64,000 nucleotides of DNA. It comes from an uncultured Methanosarcinaceae archaeon. GTDB taxonomy: Archaea; Halobacteriota; Methanosarcinia; Methanosarcinales; Methanosarcinaceae. The stretch's first letter is position 1, and each line of letters opens with the position of its first letter. This document shows, piece after piece, positions 1 to 11,678 of the stretch. The notes under the pieces were generated by a model, which did not search any database, was not told the origin of the DNA, and was given only the letters and a program-made list of their open reading frames with translations. The position numbers were made by a program, and so were the translations under genes. Location: NCBI GenBank assembly GCA_963727895.1, contig CAVSHT010000004.1, positions 384,001-448,000 on the forward strand, in the 5' to 3' direction.

Positions 1-86
1 TTCCATAATAGAAGTTTCCATAATAGAAGTTTCCATAATAGAAGTTTCCATAATAGAAGTTTCCATAATAGAAGTTTCCATAATAG
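1..86. repeat. 15-bp tandem repeat TTCCATAATAGAAGT, about 5.7 copies, runs off window start
   Basis: Perfect tandem copies visible directly. Confidence 0.95.
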
Positions 87-879
87 GACTTACGCATTTG
101 CCTGCTTTGCAGGCAACTTTTTAATTTTACAATTTTTAAACCAAAGTATAGATTGGCTTTCTTATAAATTGATTAACTGCATTTATTGTAATGTTCCACT
201 TTGTTTCAAACCATGTAGTTTCAAACCATGTAATTCCTGTTTTTATTCTTTGGATTTCAAATCTTAGAAATGCTCTCATCGCCACCATAATATGTGCTCT
301 TTGAACATTGATCCTTCTTGCCTGACAACGCTTTACTCCACAAAACTGTTTTATTCCTCTATGATACTCTTCAATTTTCCAGACTTTTTTTGCTAACTCT
401 TTCCTTTTTTCTTACTGCAAAAGGTTTCAAGATTAAAGCCATTTACAATCTGATGATGTTTACACTCCATTGCCTGTAAACAAGTTCAATGTGTTTGGAA
501 TAAGGTTTATAGAGAACAGTATGTTTGGAATAAGGTGTATCAAGAACATTATCCTCGATAATAAGAAATCCAGTTTCAGGAGTGATGAGATATTTTATAT
601 TCCCATAAAGTCTTCCGTGTCCGGAGGCTGCCTTAGAAGTAAACGAGTAAAAGAGTCATGAGCTGGACTATTCGAGTTAAAATAACTGCACTTAGAAGCT
701 TCTGTACAGATAAATACTCTTGAAGAAACAATAAGAAAGTTGATATAATCAAGTTCAGTACATTTAGGCGGATTTATTGCCATTCAACTCAAAGATTTTT
801 TGATCATACCTCTAATAATATAGTAATGGTTGTATTTTAATATAATTTGCAGAAAAAAGATTCAACCGCGTTAGTCCTA
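84..879 (-). mobile_element. Internally deleted IS701-family element with transposase remnant
   Basis: Ends TAGGACTTACGCA / CGCGTTAGTCCTA are inverted; 595..783(-) MAINPPKCTELDYINFLI...HDSFTRLLLRQPPDTE resembles the Methanosarcina IS701-type transposase N-terminus; rest is frameshifted. Confidence 0.75.
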
Positions 880-1502
880 GATAAAATAGAAATGAGTTAT
901 TTTCCAGGCTTTCCAAAAAGCTCTATTTTCCTAGTTTTTTATTCAACCAGAGTGTTTATTTGCAGTGGATTTAGAACTGGAAAAAAGCTATTATTATGCA
1001 TATATTCCAAAAAACACAGAATTTTTAAGAATCAGAGTATATAACAGGATATTTTTTATTAAATATTAAATTAAAGCATTAAAAATACTTATTATATCAA
1101 TTTAATTGATTAAATCGTTTTATTATAGATACATTTATATTTAATCCAGTTAATATTATGGGTGCTAGTTCACAGATAGCCTTCAAAACACTTCAACAAT
1201 ACTAAATCAATCTTCAAATTTGAAATTCAGGTTATTGACTTTAAGGGGTAAATTCGGGTCAGTTAATCGAAGGATCACGTTCAGGTTTGTGAATTCAAGG
1301 ATTTATAGGGGTTATTTCTTCAGGTTTGAGAATTAAAAAATTGAATTCAGGTTAATGGGCTAAGGGTTGGATTCTTCACTAGAACACAAAAATCACAGAT
1401 TTTGTTATAGGAAATCTAAAAACTGCAGATCTTAGAAAAGGACTTTTTCTTCTCTGCATGAATCACTTTTTCATTCAATTAAGAAAATTAGGAGTACGAC
1501 TT

Positions 1503-1838
1503 ATGATATATAAAAAATTTGACAAAACAAAAAAGACTCTTGCTATTTTGCTGATACTCTGTTTCATTTTATCTGTGACAGCTGTATCTGTTAGTGCAGC
1601 TAGTAATAGCAAGAATAAAGATGGATACAGTGATGGTTATAGAAAAGGTTACGAATATGGGAAAAAGCAGGGCCAAAAAGACTGCAATCAATACGGCAGT
1701 AAAGAAGCCCTCTCTAAAATTCCTTCTCCTCCAAATGAGTCACAATGGGCAAAATATTACAAAGACAGCTACAATAAAGGATACCGAAAAGGATACATCG
1801 ACAGTTACAATGGAAATAGATATACTTGTTTGAAATAA
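1503..1838 (+). CDS. Secreted hypothetical protein with GY-x-x-GY repeats
   Basis: Signal-peptide-like N-terminus (KKTLAILLILCFILSVTAVSVSAA); AGGAG upstream of ATG 1503. Confidence 0.7.
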   Translation: MIYKKFDKTKKTLAILLILCFILSVTAVSVSAASNSKNKDGYSDGYRKGYEYGKKQGQKDCNQYGSKEALSKIPSPPNESQWAKYYKDSYNKGYRKGYIDSYNGNRYTCLK

Positions 1839-2182
1839 AGGATAAGAATCCTTGAAAACTAACCAGTATATTTATTTTTACTTTTTATATTAATATACAA
1901 TAATACAAATAAAAATATTTATTTACAATTTATACTCACCTAACTAGATAAATTGCATAAAACTTTGTAAGAGTGAAGCAGGCTAACTGACACCTGCTTC
2001 AAAATCATATATGTTTCATATTGTCTGGGGCAATATTGAAGTATACTGTAGCAAATTCATACTGGGTTATGGGGGAGAGTCAATGAGAAAGTCCAAGAAA
2101 GGATCTGATCTACACTCGAAGAGATCTTGAGGATTTTATACTCATTATTTTTAATGGCTAATCCACAACCTCAACTTACAAT

Positions 2183-3130
2183 ATGGGTTTACTGGTAGAG
2201 ATGAATCTGAGGTTCTATATCTTTTGCACTGCTGCTTTCGCCTTAGGAGTGCCTGTTTTACTCACTGTAGGGGTTCCTTTCTTAGTCGACAGCAACACTA
2301 CTGCAACGATCCATGGAGCAACCTATGCCTGGGATACTCTTGAACCCCTAAATGATACTGTGATTAATATCAATTCCAACCCTCCTCAATCAATAGTAGC
2401 AAAAAATGGAGTATATTCCTTTGAATTGGGGCCTGGAGACTACATTATTACAGCTAACTATTATAGAAACAACACTTTAGTCTATTCAAAACAAACAACT
2501 TTGAAAATTGAAGATGAAGGAAACTACGTTTTTGATCTCCTTCTTTATAAAGTATCTGAAAATAGGACAGTTGAAGCAATTCGGGATAAAACAAATAACA
2601 TTAACAATGTAAATCCTGCGGAAAAAATCAGGGTTGACTATTTTACCATAAATCATTTGGGAATAATTCTTGTGCTTTTTTTCCTGTTAGGTGAAAGCTA
2701 TAAACTTTCCAGAAGGCACAAAAAGACGAGTAAAAAAAGATCTCAAGCAAGGAAATTTGATATAACGGGATTTATATTGAAGGTTTTGGGGAAAAGCCTC
2801 GGTTCTGGAATAAAATATGAGTTTCAAAGTACTGGAGAAGCAGTTTCCATAACAGAACCAATAATAGAACATGTAGATAATTATTCTAAAATTGAAACTG
2901 CTGCTCTACAGAATCCTCCTCTTTCAAGTGACCTGCATGAAATCCTTAACATAATTAGGGGTCACAGGGGTAAGATAACGCAAAAGGAACTACGCAGCAG
3001 ACTTGGGTATTCAGAAGTAAAAGTTAGCCTTCTACTAACAGAGCTAGAAAAAAGAGGATTGATTAATAAGTTTAAGCATGGGCGTGAAAATATTGTGAGC
3101 TTAACAGATAAAGAGAGAAAAGGGATCTAA
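2183..3130 (+). CDS. Membrane-anchored protein: extracellular beta domain, TM helix, C-terminal winged HTH (COG2512-like)
   Basis: C-terminal GKITQKELRSRLGYSEVKVSLLLTELEKRGLINKFKHGREN wHTH pattern; hydrophobic segments. Confidence 0.8.
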   Translation: MGLLVEMNLRFYIFCTAAFALGVPVLLTVGVPFLVDSNTTATIHGATYAWDTLEPLNDTVININSNPPQSIVAKNGVYSFELGPGDYIITANYYRNNTLVYSKQTTLKIEDEGNYVFDLLLYKVSENRTVEAIRDKTNNINNVNPAEKIRVDYFTINHLGIILVLFFLLGESYKLSRRHKKTSKKRSQARKFDITGFILKVLGKSLGSGIKYEFQSTGEAVSITEPIIEHVDNYSKIETAALQNPPLSSDLHEILNIIRGHRGKITQKELRSRLGYSEVKVSLLLTELEKRGLINKFKHGRENIVSLTDKERKGI

Positions 3131-3399
3131 ATTATATTGACAAAAATGTAACCTATATGCAAAACATTAACAGAAAATCAAAAATTAGGGGAGTTCACAT
3201 TATTCTTTAAAGTTTGGTAAGTTGTGATTCTCCCCATTTTTGAGTGGTAAGAATCTCACTGCACTTGGTCTTACTGCTCTTTATGTTATTGTTTTTAATC
3301 ACAGTTACTTATTTCAATCAGGTTATTTTCTCTTAAATCCAGATTATTGATTTTTTAATCCAGGGGATGTATGTTAGGTAATTATTTTCTTACTTTACA

Positions 3400-3787
3400 G
3401 CTCGCTCTTACCATCTGCCTCAGCGGTAGTATTTATGGTAGTTATTATAATACTTGTAATATCCATTACACCATTTATTAAATCCAAATAACCATTTCAA
3501 ATACATTCTGTACCAGTAATCATAATCTTTGCCGTGTTTCTTAGATTTCCAGGCATTCTTTTCACGGTCCCATTTTACTCTTTCGCGGTCATATTTTTTT
3601 TATCTGCATCCCACTTATTCCTATTATTGTCAAATTTTTTCTTGTCGTAATTGTTAAATGTATTCTTTCCATGGTTGCCCTGTTTCCTTCCATCTGTGTA
3701 CGGCGCTGCGCTTGTTGCTGCAGCTGTCACAGACAGTACAAAACAGACTGCCAGAAATATTCCCAGTATCTTTTTCATTTTCAACAT
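3400..3787 (-). pseudogene. Secreted hypothetical protein, interrupted near 3575
   Basis: Signal peptide MKKILGIFLAVCFVLSVTAAATSAA; similar W/K/D-rich coding sequence continues past the stop in another frame; 3' boundary approximate. Confidence 0.5.
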
Positions 3788-4550
3788 ACGCCTAACTCCA
3801 AACATTTGTTTTAAATCAAGTTTAATTTTTATTTCCCTTTGTTATTACTCGACCTTGTTTCGTAACTAAAATTACCTGTTTAATTTACCTGTTCTAATTG
3901 TCTTACCGCTTCTCTGCGGCTTGACAATTCTAAAATTCATCAGATTCAATATAAATATACTTATACTAAATAATAGCTTAAAAAGGTTAAATTAAAAAAA
4001 TAAGTGTTTTAAAAGGATTAATTTATAAAATAAAGGTTTTTAAAATTTTAAAGTTATTTTTATTTATATTTAACATATTTACAGCTTATAAACCGCCTTA
4101 CTCTCGGGTTTTTAAGTAGAGTTGTTAATATTTAATGGATATAAATCCCTCAACATTTCCCTAAAATTTAATTTGTATTTATTTTTTAAATTTGATCAGT
4201 ATCTACCTTTTGATTTTTTATTCTAAATATTTTTACGTACATTTGTGAAGTATTTTTACCTCAAATATATGGTTTTTTTAGTAAAAAGGATCTAAATAGT
4301 AGTTATTTAAGTAAATAACTTTTTTTAAGCTTTTAATTTAAAACAGTAGAACCTATTTTCGGGCAGATATTCAAACAAAAATATATTTAAAAATAGACCT
4401 ACTTGACAATAAATAGGTTAAATGAGGATTTCTTGTAAGTAAAAACGTCAATATGAGAAAGAAAGATTTTCTACTCTTATAAAACCATAAATAACACTTA
4501 TGGACAAGAAAGGTAAAGGAACTAAAAGATACTGATTCCATTAATACAAT

Positions 4551-4635
4551 TGGGCATCCGGTGTTGGGGAGTTGGGGGTATGGGGGGTTATTAAAAAAGT
4601 TAAGGTCTATTATGACCTTCCCAGATGCCCATTCC
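4551..4635 (-). ncRNA. Candidate sRNA with 11-bp closing stem and C-rich loop
   Basis: UGGGCAUCUGG pairs with CCGGAUGCCCA; inner hairpin AAGGUC/GACCUU; TTTATATA box about 20-25 nt upstream on the minus strand. Confidence 0.5.
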
Positions 4636-4779
4636 TTTAGTATACTTTTATCATATATAAATTTAAAGATTCAATAGTACATTGTCGAAACAGAATCCAA
4701 TAATATGAAAAATAACCCGACTAATATAACAGAAAAGCCATGATAATTATTTTTAAAAGAAAATACTAGCTTTACTGCT

Positions 4780-5063
4780 TCAAAGCACATATTTCCAGCC
4801 ATTCTTTTTCAGGCTATTCCTGTATTCTTCATAATCAGGCATGAGTTCTTGGACCAGTTTCCAGAACCGAGCAGAATGGTTTTTCTCTTTTACATGGCAG
4901 ATCTCATGCACTACCACATATTCAAGCTGTTTGGGAGGAGCCATAATAAGCTGGAAATTTATCCTAAGTACATTTTCTGCAGAGCAACTTCCCCAACGCC
5001 TTTTCTGATATTTTACCTTAAATACAGGAGGATCTATTTTTAGCTTTTGTGAATAGATATTTA
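4780..5063 (-). pseudogene. C-terminal fragment of YgjP/DUF45-like (M48) metallopeptidase
   Basis: Manual translation gives KYQKRRWGSCSAENVLRINFQLIMAPPKQLEYVVVHEICHVKEKNHSARFWKLV (WGSC and HExxH motifs); N-terminal part absent. Confidence 0.8.
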
Positions 5064-5159
5064 AACAGTTTAATATTTAGTTATACACTGGACTGAATAT
5101 AAATATTTGGTTATTTTTTTGAGAAAGCGGGCGAGAAATCGTCGATTCAAACATTTTTT

Positions 5160-6303
5160 ATGAGTAAAGAAGAATATGAAAAAATACCTAAAATCAGTCG
5201 TGACATAATGCATAAATATGTCACATCAATGCAAGTGAGTAGGAAGGTCAAATCGGACATAACAGTCAAGAATAACGTCGCTGTTGTACGATTTATGCTG
5301 AGAAATATAAAAAAGACCTAGACAATCTGACGATTGATGATGTAGAAGATATACAGGCTGCTATAAATATTTGGAAACGACCTGATGGCAAACCTGTGGC
5401 TGATGCCAGCAAAAAGGTATATACAGCAGGCATAAAGAAATTTCTCAAATGGTACGCAAAAAGATATGAACAGCCGAAATATAAACATTTTTCAGATCAA
5501 ATTGAACTTGGAGGACAAACGAAGAGGGTTCAGGCAAACGACCTTTTGACAACAGCTGAAATTGAAAAAATGATTGCCTAAGCTGATAAGCCGAGGGATA
5601 AAGCGATAATTGCTGTCTTGGCTGAGAGTGGCTGTCGTGCAGGTGAAATTGCATCGTGCAGGGTTCAGGATTTTGAATTGACACAAAATGGTGGAAATCT
5701 TACATTCCCCAAAGGCAAGACAGGTCCTCGTACAGTGCCTCTAGTATTCGCAGCTCCATATATTGATTATTATTTAAGACAGCATCCAAGCAATGACAAT
5801 CCTGATGCTCCGCTCTGGCTTGCAGGTGGGCAGAATGTGCGGAGGAGTATAGGCTATGGCAGATTTATAGCATCGTAAAGGAAGTTGCCAGAGACACTGG
5901 GATAAAGAAGCGAATCTATCCACACTTGTTCCGTCACACAACAGCGACTCAGCTAAGTAAGGTCTGGGGCGAATCAATGATGCGAACTTATCTTGGCTGG
6001 GAATCCGGTAGTGCAATGCCTTCATTATACATTAGTCTAAGCGGGGAGGATGTTGAGAATGCTGTTCTTTGTGACCGTTATGGGCTTGTTGAGAAGAAGC
6101 AAAATGATAAAGGTTTAAAAGTTGGGAAGTGCCCAAAATGCTGGAAGATGATACCGGCTAATGCGACGTTCTGCCACAATTGTGGGGCACCCCTCACAAA
6201 AGAAGTTCAGCAGTCAAATGATATTGCAATGAAAGAGTTTATGGCTGCAATTATTAGCGACCCGAAACTCGCAGAAAAATTTACAGCTTTGATACAAAAG
6301 TAA
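5160..6303 (+). pseudogene. Tyrosine recombinase/integrase with C-terminal zinc ribbon, broken by two frameshifts and a stop
   Basis: AESGCRAGE (R), KGKTGPR (K), YPHLFRH (HxxR), YLGW...SLY, CPKC..CHNCG. Confidence 0.9.
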
Positions 6304-6552
6304 TTTTTTTTGTTTCTCCACCTCAGTATCATCATTAATTGATTCCTAGAGCCTCGTAGTCAAGCGTAGGGATATATCCTTGAATAATTAATCCAGTCTA
6401 GTTTTTCTTATTTACGTTTTGTCTAAATCAACAACAAAAGACCTATTAGGAATGAAACAGTAATTAATTATTATAAGTTGTGAAATTGCTTCGGCGGGCT
6501 TGCCTGATGACAGTACGTCACTACTTTTCTAAATTCATTTCGAGGCAATAAT

Positions 6553-6687
6553 TTGGATTCAACACAACAACGAGCTACTGAACTAGTTATGAAACATCGT
6601 GCTAGTATTGATTACTTCTTAAAATTTGGCAATTCCATTGAGAAAGCAATGGTGCAGATCATATTGGAAGTGGCGGGTGAGCAATAA
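6553..6687 (+). CDS. Small hypothetical protein (44 aa) of the integrated element
   Basis: LDSTQQRATELVMKHRASIDYFLKFGNSIEKAMVQIILEVAGEQ; stop overlaps next ATG (TAATG). Confidence 0.5.
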   Translation: MDSTQQRATELVMKHRASIDYFLKFGNSIEKAMVQIILEVAGEQ

Positions 6688-6839
6688 TGGCCAGAGCAAT
6701 AAAATTCGATAAAAAAATTAATACCTCCCTGGCCTTTGATCCAAAGGTCATAGCTATCATCGATAGAGAAAGATGTGGTGATAGTCGAAGTGGATGGCTG
6801 AATGATTTGATTTTAGAAATGTTTGGAGGCGGATACTAA
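6687..6839 (+). CDS. Ribbon-helix-helix (CopG-like) protein, 50 aa
   Basis: MARAIKFDKKINTSLAFDPKVIAIIDRERCGDSRSGWLNDLILEMF shows beta-strand, helix, SRS-helix pattern; TAATG overlaps at both ends. Confidence 0.65.
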   Translation: MARAIKFDKKINTSLAFDPKVIAIIDRERCGDSRSGWLNDLILEMFGGGY

Positions 6840-7057
6840 TGAAAGACCTAAGAATTGATGGCAAGCCTCTCGGGAGAAAGTAAATCTCAAAAAGCAGGAA
6901 GTACGAGAGCGGGGCCAGATCTGCCTCCCAAGCCAAAATGGTGAATAAAATGGTTGCAAAGCCCATATATTACATGGGTTTGAAAATATTTAAAGATTGA
7001 GTTTACCATTCTCGATTTTGGTTTGTTTCGTGCTTCCACTCAACAAGGAGTGGGTAA

Positions 7058-8779
7058 TATGACAACAGATAATATTGAAAATATTGAAATAATAACGACT
7101 CTGGATATTCTTAAGGAGTCGCCCGTTCTGGAAAGGCCTCAAATTGAAAAACTTGAACAAAAAGAAAAAGAGCTCGGAAATATATTCGAAGAAGTTCAGT
7201 CACCCGTTTCAGTTAAGGGAGAACCTCAGTTTGTGCCCGATAATATCCCAGAGAAGTCACAGAACTATTTGACTGCGAAGAGCCATGTACGAAATGATCA
7301 GACAAGATATGTAGATACACATGGCAAGTATGTATCAAAAGAAGAATTTGATCCAGTTAAGGCTGAGTCACCCGTCGATGAATTTGACGCTATAAAAAAG
7401 GCAACACTGAACAATGTAGATTGGAAAGACGATAGAACCTATCTTTTTGAATGTCCGGTCCCGAGTGATCATAATGTAACACCGGCTGGTATTACAAAGA
7501 CTAAACCTGCAACGCTTAAAAGACCTGCATATGATGTACCAATCTGTGATATATTTCCAGCAATTGTTGGTCACTACACAGTAAAACAATTCATAGATGA
7601 TAATACATCAGACAACTCATTTATGAAAGCATCATCACAAACATATGTTGTAGTCAAATGGGTTGATGGTGATGAAATACATACAGCTTGTGTACCACTA
7701 AGTGCAGTCATGGTCAAGACATAATTAAAAAAGGTGCTTATTGGACAATTCAATATGCGACTGCCAGAAACAAGAATAGATGACGTGATAATGTATTTTA
7801 ATGCATTTATAACCACAAATCTGGCATGTGACCCGCAAAACACTAAATTCACAAGGGGACAAGCATCTTCAGTGATTGGTTTTCTTGATGAATCTTGTAC
7901 AATATACACCAATGGAAGATCGCTATTTTGTGGTGTTAATGGCGAGCTTGTAATAAAAGATGCTGTGTTCATTGATAGTAAAAATGTCAATGCTGCATGA
8001 ATGATAGAGCCACGTGGGGATTGTAATGTTTGGGCAGATGCTGTCAAAGAGTGGCTTGAATATGATCGAATTCGATTTGCAGGCTACTATATGATGGGAT
8101 CGATGTTGTTATCCATCTTTAAATTACCACCAAGTGTCCTCGGTTATATTTGCTCAACAACATTTGGAAAAACATTTACTCAAATGATATCTGCGAGCAT
8201 GCACGGAAATCCAAGTGATACAGGTGACGGTATAATACTTGGTGGTGATATTACACTAGCTGCAATCAATGTAATATTTGGTGTTTTCAAGGATTATCCC
8301 GGATACATTGATGAGTCTACAATCACAGATGACAAGGTTCGCGATTATCTTGGCTATAAGATTGGAAATGGTTCAGGTGGTCTTCGAAGTACTGCAACGC
8401 ATACACTCGCAGATAGAACAATAATTAGATCAAACATATTAATGACAGGTGAAGATGAATTCATCAAGAAATATGCTCCAGATGGTGTGCAGCAAAGAAT
8501 AACTATAGAGAAAATCCCACCACTAGAGAAGATTGAAGATAATGATAAACTTTGTAGGCTTGAGAATACTCGTCACATAATATGTTCAAATTATGGTCAT
8601 GTATTACAACCATTTGTAGCAGCAATATATAGGCATAAGGATGAACTACAAAGCGTATATAATCAATCGTTGAATAGGCTGAGAAATACAGAAGGCCTAT
8701 CAACAGATGCTAAGAGAAAAGCTACCGGATTTGCAGTTGCGAATGTTGCCGGCTTCCTACTTGAGCCAATTTTTAAATC
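7058..8779 (+). pseudogene. DUF927-type P-loop helicase/replication protein, two in-frame stops, truncated by IS1
   Basis: ORFs 7023, 7734 and 8001 share one frame (TAA 7722, TGA 7998); Walker A-like STTFGKT..MISASMHGNP, Walker B-like YIDE, ILMTGE. Confidence 0.75.
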
Positions 8780-9024
8780 GGCATTGGTACTAAAAAATAG
8801 ATATATATGCTTATAACATATATTTCTTCATGAACTGCCCCAGATGCAATAGTTCTAATTACAAAAAGAATGGTATAGTTGGTGGGCGTCAACGGTACAA
8901 ATGCTCTGATTGTGGATATAACTATACAGTAGAGCTAAAATCAACTGCTTTTTCCGCTTTTGTAAAAAGACAGGCTTTACAACTTTACCTTGAAGGATTG
9001 GGCTTTCGCTCAATAGGATGATTT
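8780..9024 (+). mobile_element. IS1-family left fragment (InsA zinc finger), interrupted by IS110
   Basis: End GGCATTGGTAC; MNCPRCNSSNYKKNGIVGGRQRYKCSDCG near-identical to the other IS1 copies. Confidence 0.9.
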
Positions 9025-10530
9025 AGCATGAAAGTACATGAGGAGATTATCCTCACGTGCTCTCTTGATCCTTTTTCCCCATAATCGCAAATATTCCACT
9101 AATTATTTTAATCCGTTCATCAACCTAAAAAATCTCAGTTTCAATAATATTTCTCTTTTGGATTTCTCCCTTTTGATATCCGGTTTCATCTTCGTCCATC
9201 TCATCGTTTGTAATAAGATGCCATAGTATCGTTGCAATTTTCCTTGCTAAGGCAATAATTGCTTTTGCATTTCCAATCGACTTCTTTTTTCTGTTAAAAA
9301 ACTCTTTTAACCTGCTATTCTTCTTTCTTGCTGCTGCTTGAGCAATCTGTGTCAGAATCCACCTTGCTACTTTTGATCCCCTCTTTGTGATTCTGCCGTT
9401 ATAGTATTTATCTGTAGATTGATACACATTAGGAACTAGACCAAGCCAAGAAGCAAGCTTATTTCCAGAAGAAAAATCCTTAAAGTTGCCTATTTCAGCA
9501 AGTAAAATTGCCGCACCAAGTTCCCCTATACCTGGAACTGACATTAAAATCTCCATTTCTCGCTTATGATTTCGAGAAGCATAATTGAAAATTTCTGTTT
9601 CTAAAGCTTCGAGTTCATCATCAAGACTTTTTATGAGTTCCAGACAGATCTGAAGTCTGAATGCAGCACTTTGAGAAATTTCTCGATCAAGAATTTCTCT
9701 TATCTGAGCAGCTTTTTTCCGAACATTTGGAGAGAGGCTTGCAATAATCTGATCAACACTCTTACCTGAAGAGATTCCTAATAAAATCATTCTGCCATTC
9801 TTGCCAAAAACGTCTGTCAGAACATTATTCAGGTGTAGCATTTCAGATGCAAGAATTGAGTGAGCTTTATTTTTTAAATCTGTTCTTTTTTGTACAAGTG
9901 TTAACCGAAGTCGAACATATGATCTAAAATCTATATGATCCTTTGGAAAAACTCTTGATGGCTGAATCATATTATTAAGTGCAAGTTGTGCAATGACTTC
10001 TGAGTCAATCTTATATGTTTTTGTATGGGTAAATACCTTCATATCTCGCGCATTTCCAACTATCACAGTTAGATGCTTTACCAATGAATCATGAATCGGA
10101 ACCCAAAAGTCGCTGGTTGATTCACATGCAACAACATCACATTTTTCTGATATTACCCAATTTTTAAGGGCTAAAATTCCTTCATCATCTCTGTTGAAAC
10201 GTTGCTGTTGTTTTTCACCAGATCTACTGAAAATTGTAGCAATGAAAAAGAGTTTGTGAATGTCTAAACCACAAGCTTTGTTTATGACTTCAATCAAATT
10301 AGATCACCAAATTTATTTGGGCAGTGGAATTGCCTAAAAGGCCAATTTAGCATCCGTGATCAAAGTCACACTTGAGCCTTCGATGGCAATTCACTGATTA
10401 GTTTTAGGACGGTTTTGAAAAACCAAAATCGAGACAACCTTACTGCCCAAGGTAATGAGGACTTAATAGTCAAAAAAAAGAACGAAGAGTACTTTCATTA
10501 GTTGTGCTTGTTATTCGAAGAAAAGCATGT
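9025..10530 (-). mobile_element. IS110-family element, ends approximate
   Basis: Contains DEDD recombinase gene; subterminal inverted ATGAAAGTAC / GTACTTTCAT. Confidence 0.8.
9125..10297 (-). CDS. IS110-family transposase, probably impaired
   Basis: GLDIHK, ACEST, SVPGIG, ASWLGLVP..QS, GRITKRG, AIIALARK; KTYKID where KTDKID is expected; ends in TAG with 23 further open codons. Confidence 0.92.
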   Translation of the reverse strand: MIEVINKACGLDIHKLFFIATIFSRSGEKQQQRFNRDDEGILALKNWVISEKCDVVACESTSDFWVPIHDSLVKHLTVIVGNARDMKVFTHTKTYKIDSEVIAQLALNNMIQPSRVFPKDHIDFRSYVRLRLTLVQKRTDLKNKAHSILASEMLHLNNVLTDVFGKNGRMILLGISSGKSVDQIIASLSPNVRKKAAQIREILDREISQSAAFRLQICLELIKSLDDELEALETEIFNYASRNHKREMEILMSVPGIGELGAAILLAEIGNFKDFSSGNKLASWLGLVPNVYQSTDKYYNGRITKRGSKVARWILTQIAQAAARKKNSRLKEFFNRKKKSIGNAKAIIALARKIATILWHLITNDEMDEDETGYQKGEIQKRNIIETEIF

Positions 10531-10790
10531 GCGTTTTAGGTTAATCGCTTGTTTTTCTAAAGTTCTGCGATCGGCTTAGACAGTAGACATATCAACTATA
10601 ATATATACTTAATTACATTTAATACATTTTTATATATATGTTTTTGTTATTTTTTAATTATTGGGCTGGTTTTTACAAACATGCACTTAATCTGGATTTT
10701 TCGATAGTTTAATTTGATTAGGATGTAAGATGCCGACTTTAAACGTTCGATGTGACGCCCTCAAATGTTCCCTGCTGAATCTCAGGCTGG

Positions 10791-10961
10791 TCACAGAAAA
10801 TTCAGTATGTATAATCTGATATATGGAATAATATAGCGAACAATGATATAGGAATAAATAATGTACCTGATCGCAAATAAGACAAGTAGCGCTAGTAATG
10901 CAAAGGCTAGAAAGTCATTTTGTTCATATTCAGGGTTATTATGGCACTTTGGATCAACCAC
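10791..10961 (-). CDS. Possible small membrane protein (56 aa)
   Basis: GTG start after AAGGTG; FLAFALLALLVLFAI hydrophobic stretch. Confidence 0.3.
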   Translation of the reverse strand: MVDPKCHNNPEYEQNDFLAFALLALLVLFAIRYIIYSYIIVRYIIPYIRLYILNFL

Positions 10962-11336
10962 TCATCCCACCTTTTGATTTTTGTTATTAATAGTCATATG
11001 AACTCTAGTGAATAAAAATATATCTAAAGTAGCGGTTTCTTGCATTTTTAGTTTTCTTGAATATTTTAGGAAGATCTCAATAATTCCATAGTTTTGTAAA
11101 AGGTGGTATAAATGGAACTTAAAATCGATCAAGAATTTTGAGATTCTTACATTAAATTCTACAAATAATATATCGATAAAATGGATATTATAAACATATT
11201 ATTATAATATATATTACTAGTCTAAAAACGCTAAAATGTAAATTTGCATGGTATGTTTATAAATTTTGTACCTAAAGTGCATGTTCAACGATTGAAAATA
11301 AAATTTTCTACAAAATATAAATAAGGGGGAGAGAAT

Positions 11337-11611
11337 ATGGGATGTGACCCGATAACATTTCACAATGTTAATTCAAACGTATTTAATGGTAGAAACAAAA
11401 GCTTGAAGATTATGGAATTCATGTACCCTCAGGAAATGAAGGGGAAATGGAAGGACATGGCGTTAAAGGTCATTTCAAATGGGATGGAGCAGATAATCTC
11501 ACTCTCACAATCACAGATAAACCCTTTGTAATCCCATGTGATATGATCATAGATAAGCTTCAAGAATTTGTACATAGTTACGGCGGAGTTAGATCTTTAA
11601 CGGCAAAATAA
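11337..11611 (+). pseudogene. Small hypothetical protein, frameshifted near 11390
   Basis: GGGGGAG RBS; MGCDPITFHNVNSNVFN continues in the shifted frame as KQKLEDYGIHVPSGNEGEMEGHGVKGHFKWDG...KPFVIPCDMIIDKLQEFV. Confidence 0.6.
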
Positions 11612-11678
11612 TTAGACATGAAAACAAATTAACGTTAAAATTGTATATATGTACTTAATTATATGCATTATAGGCGTG

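Noticed and set aside
1..86. CRISPR array
   Set aside because: Contiguous 15-bp units with no spacers; same for 40669-40726 and 20541-20808
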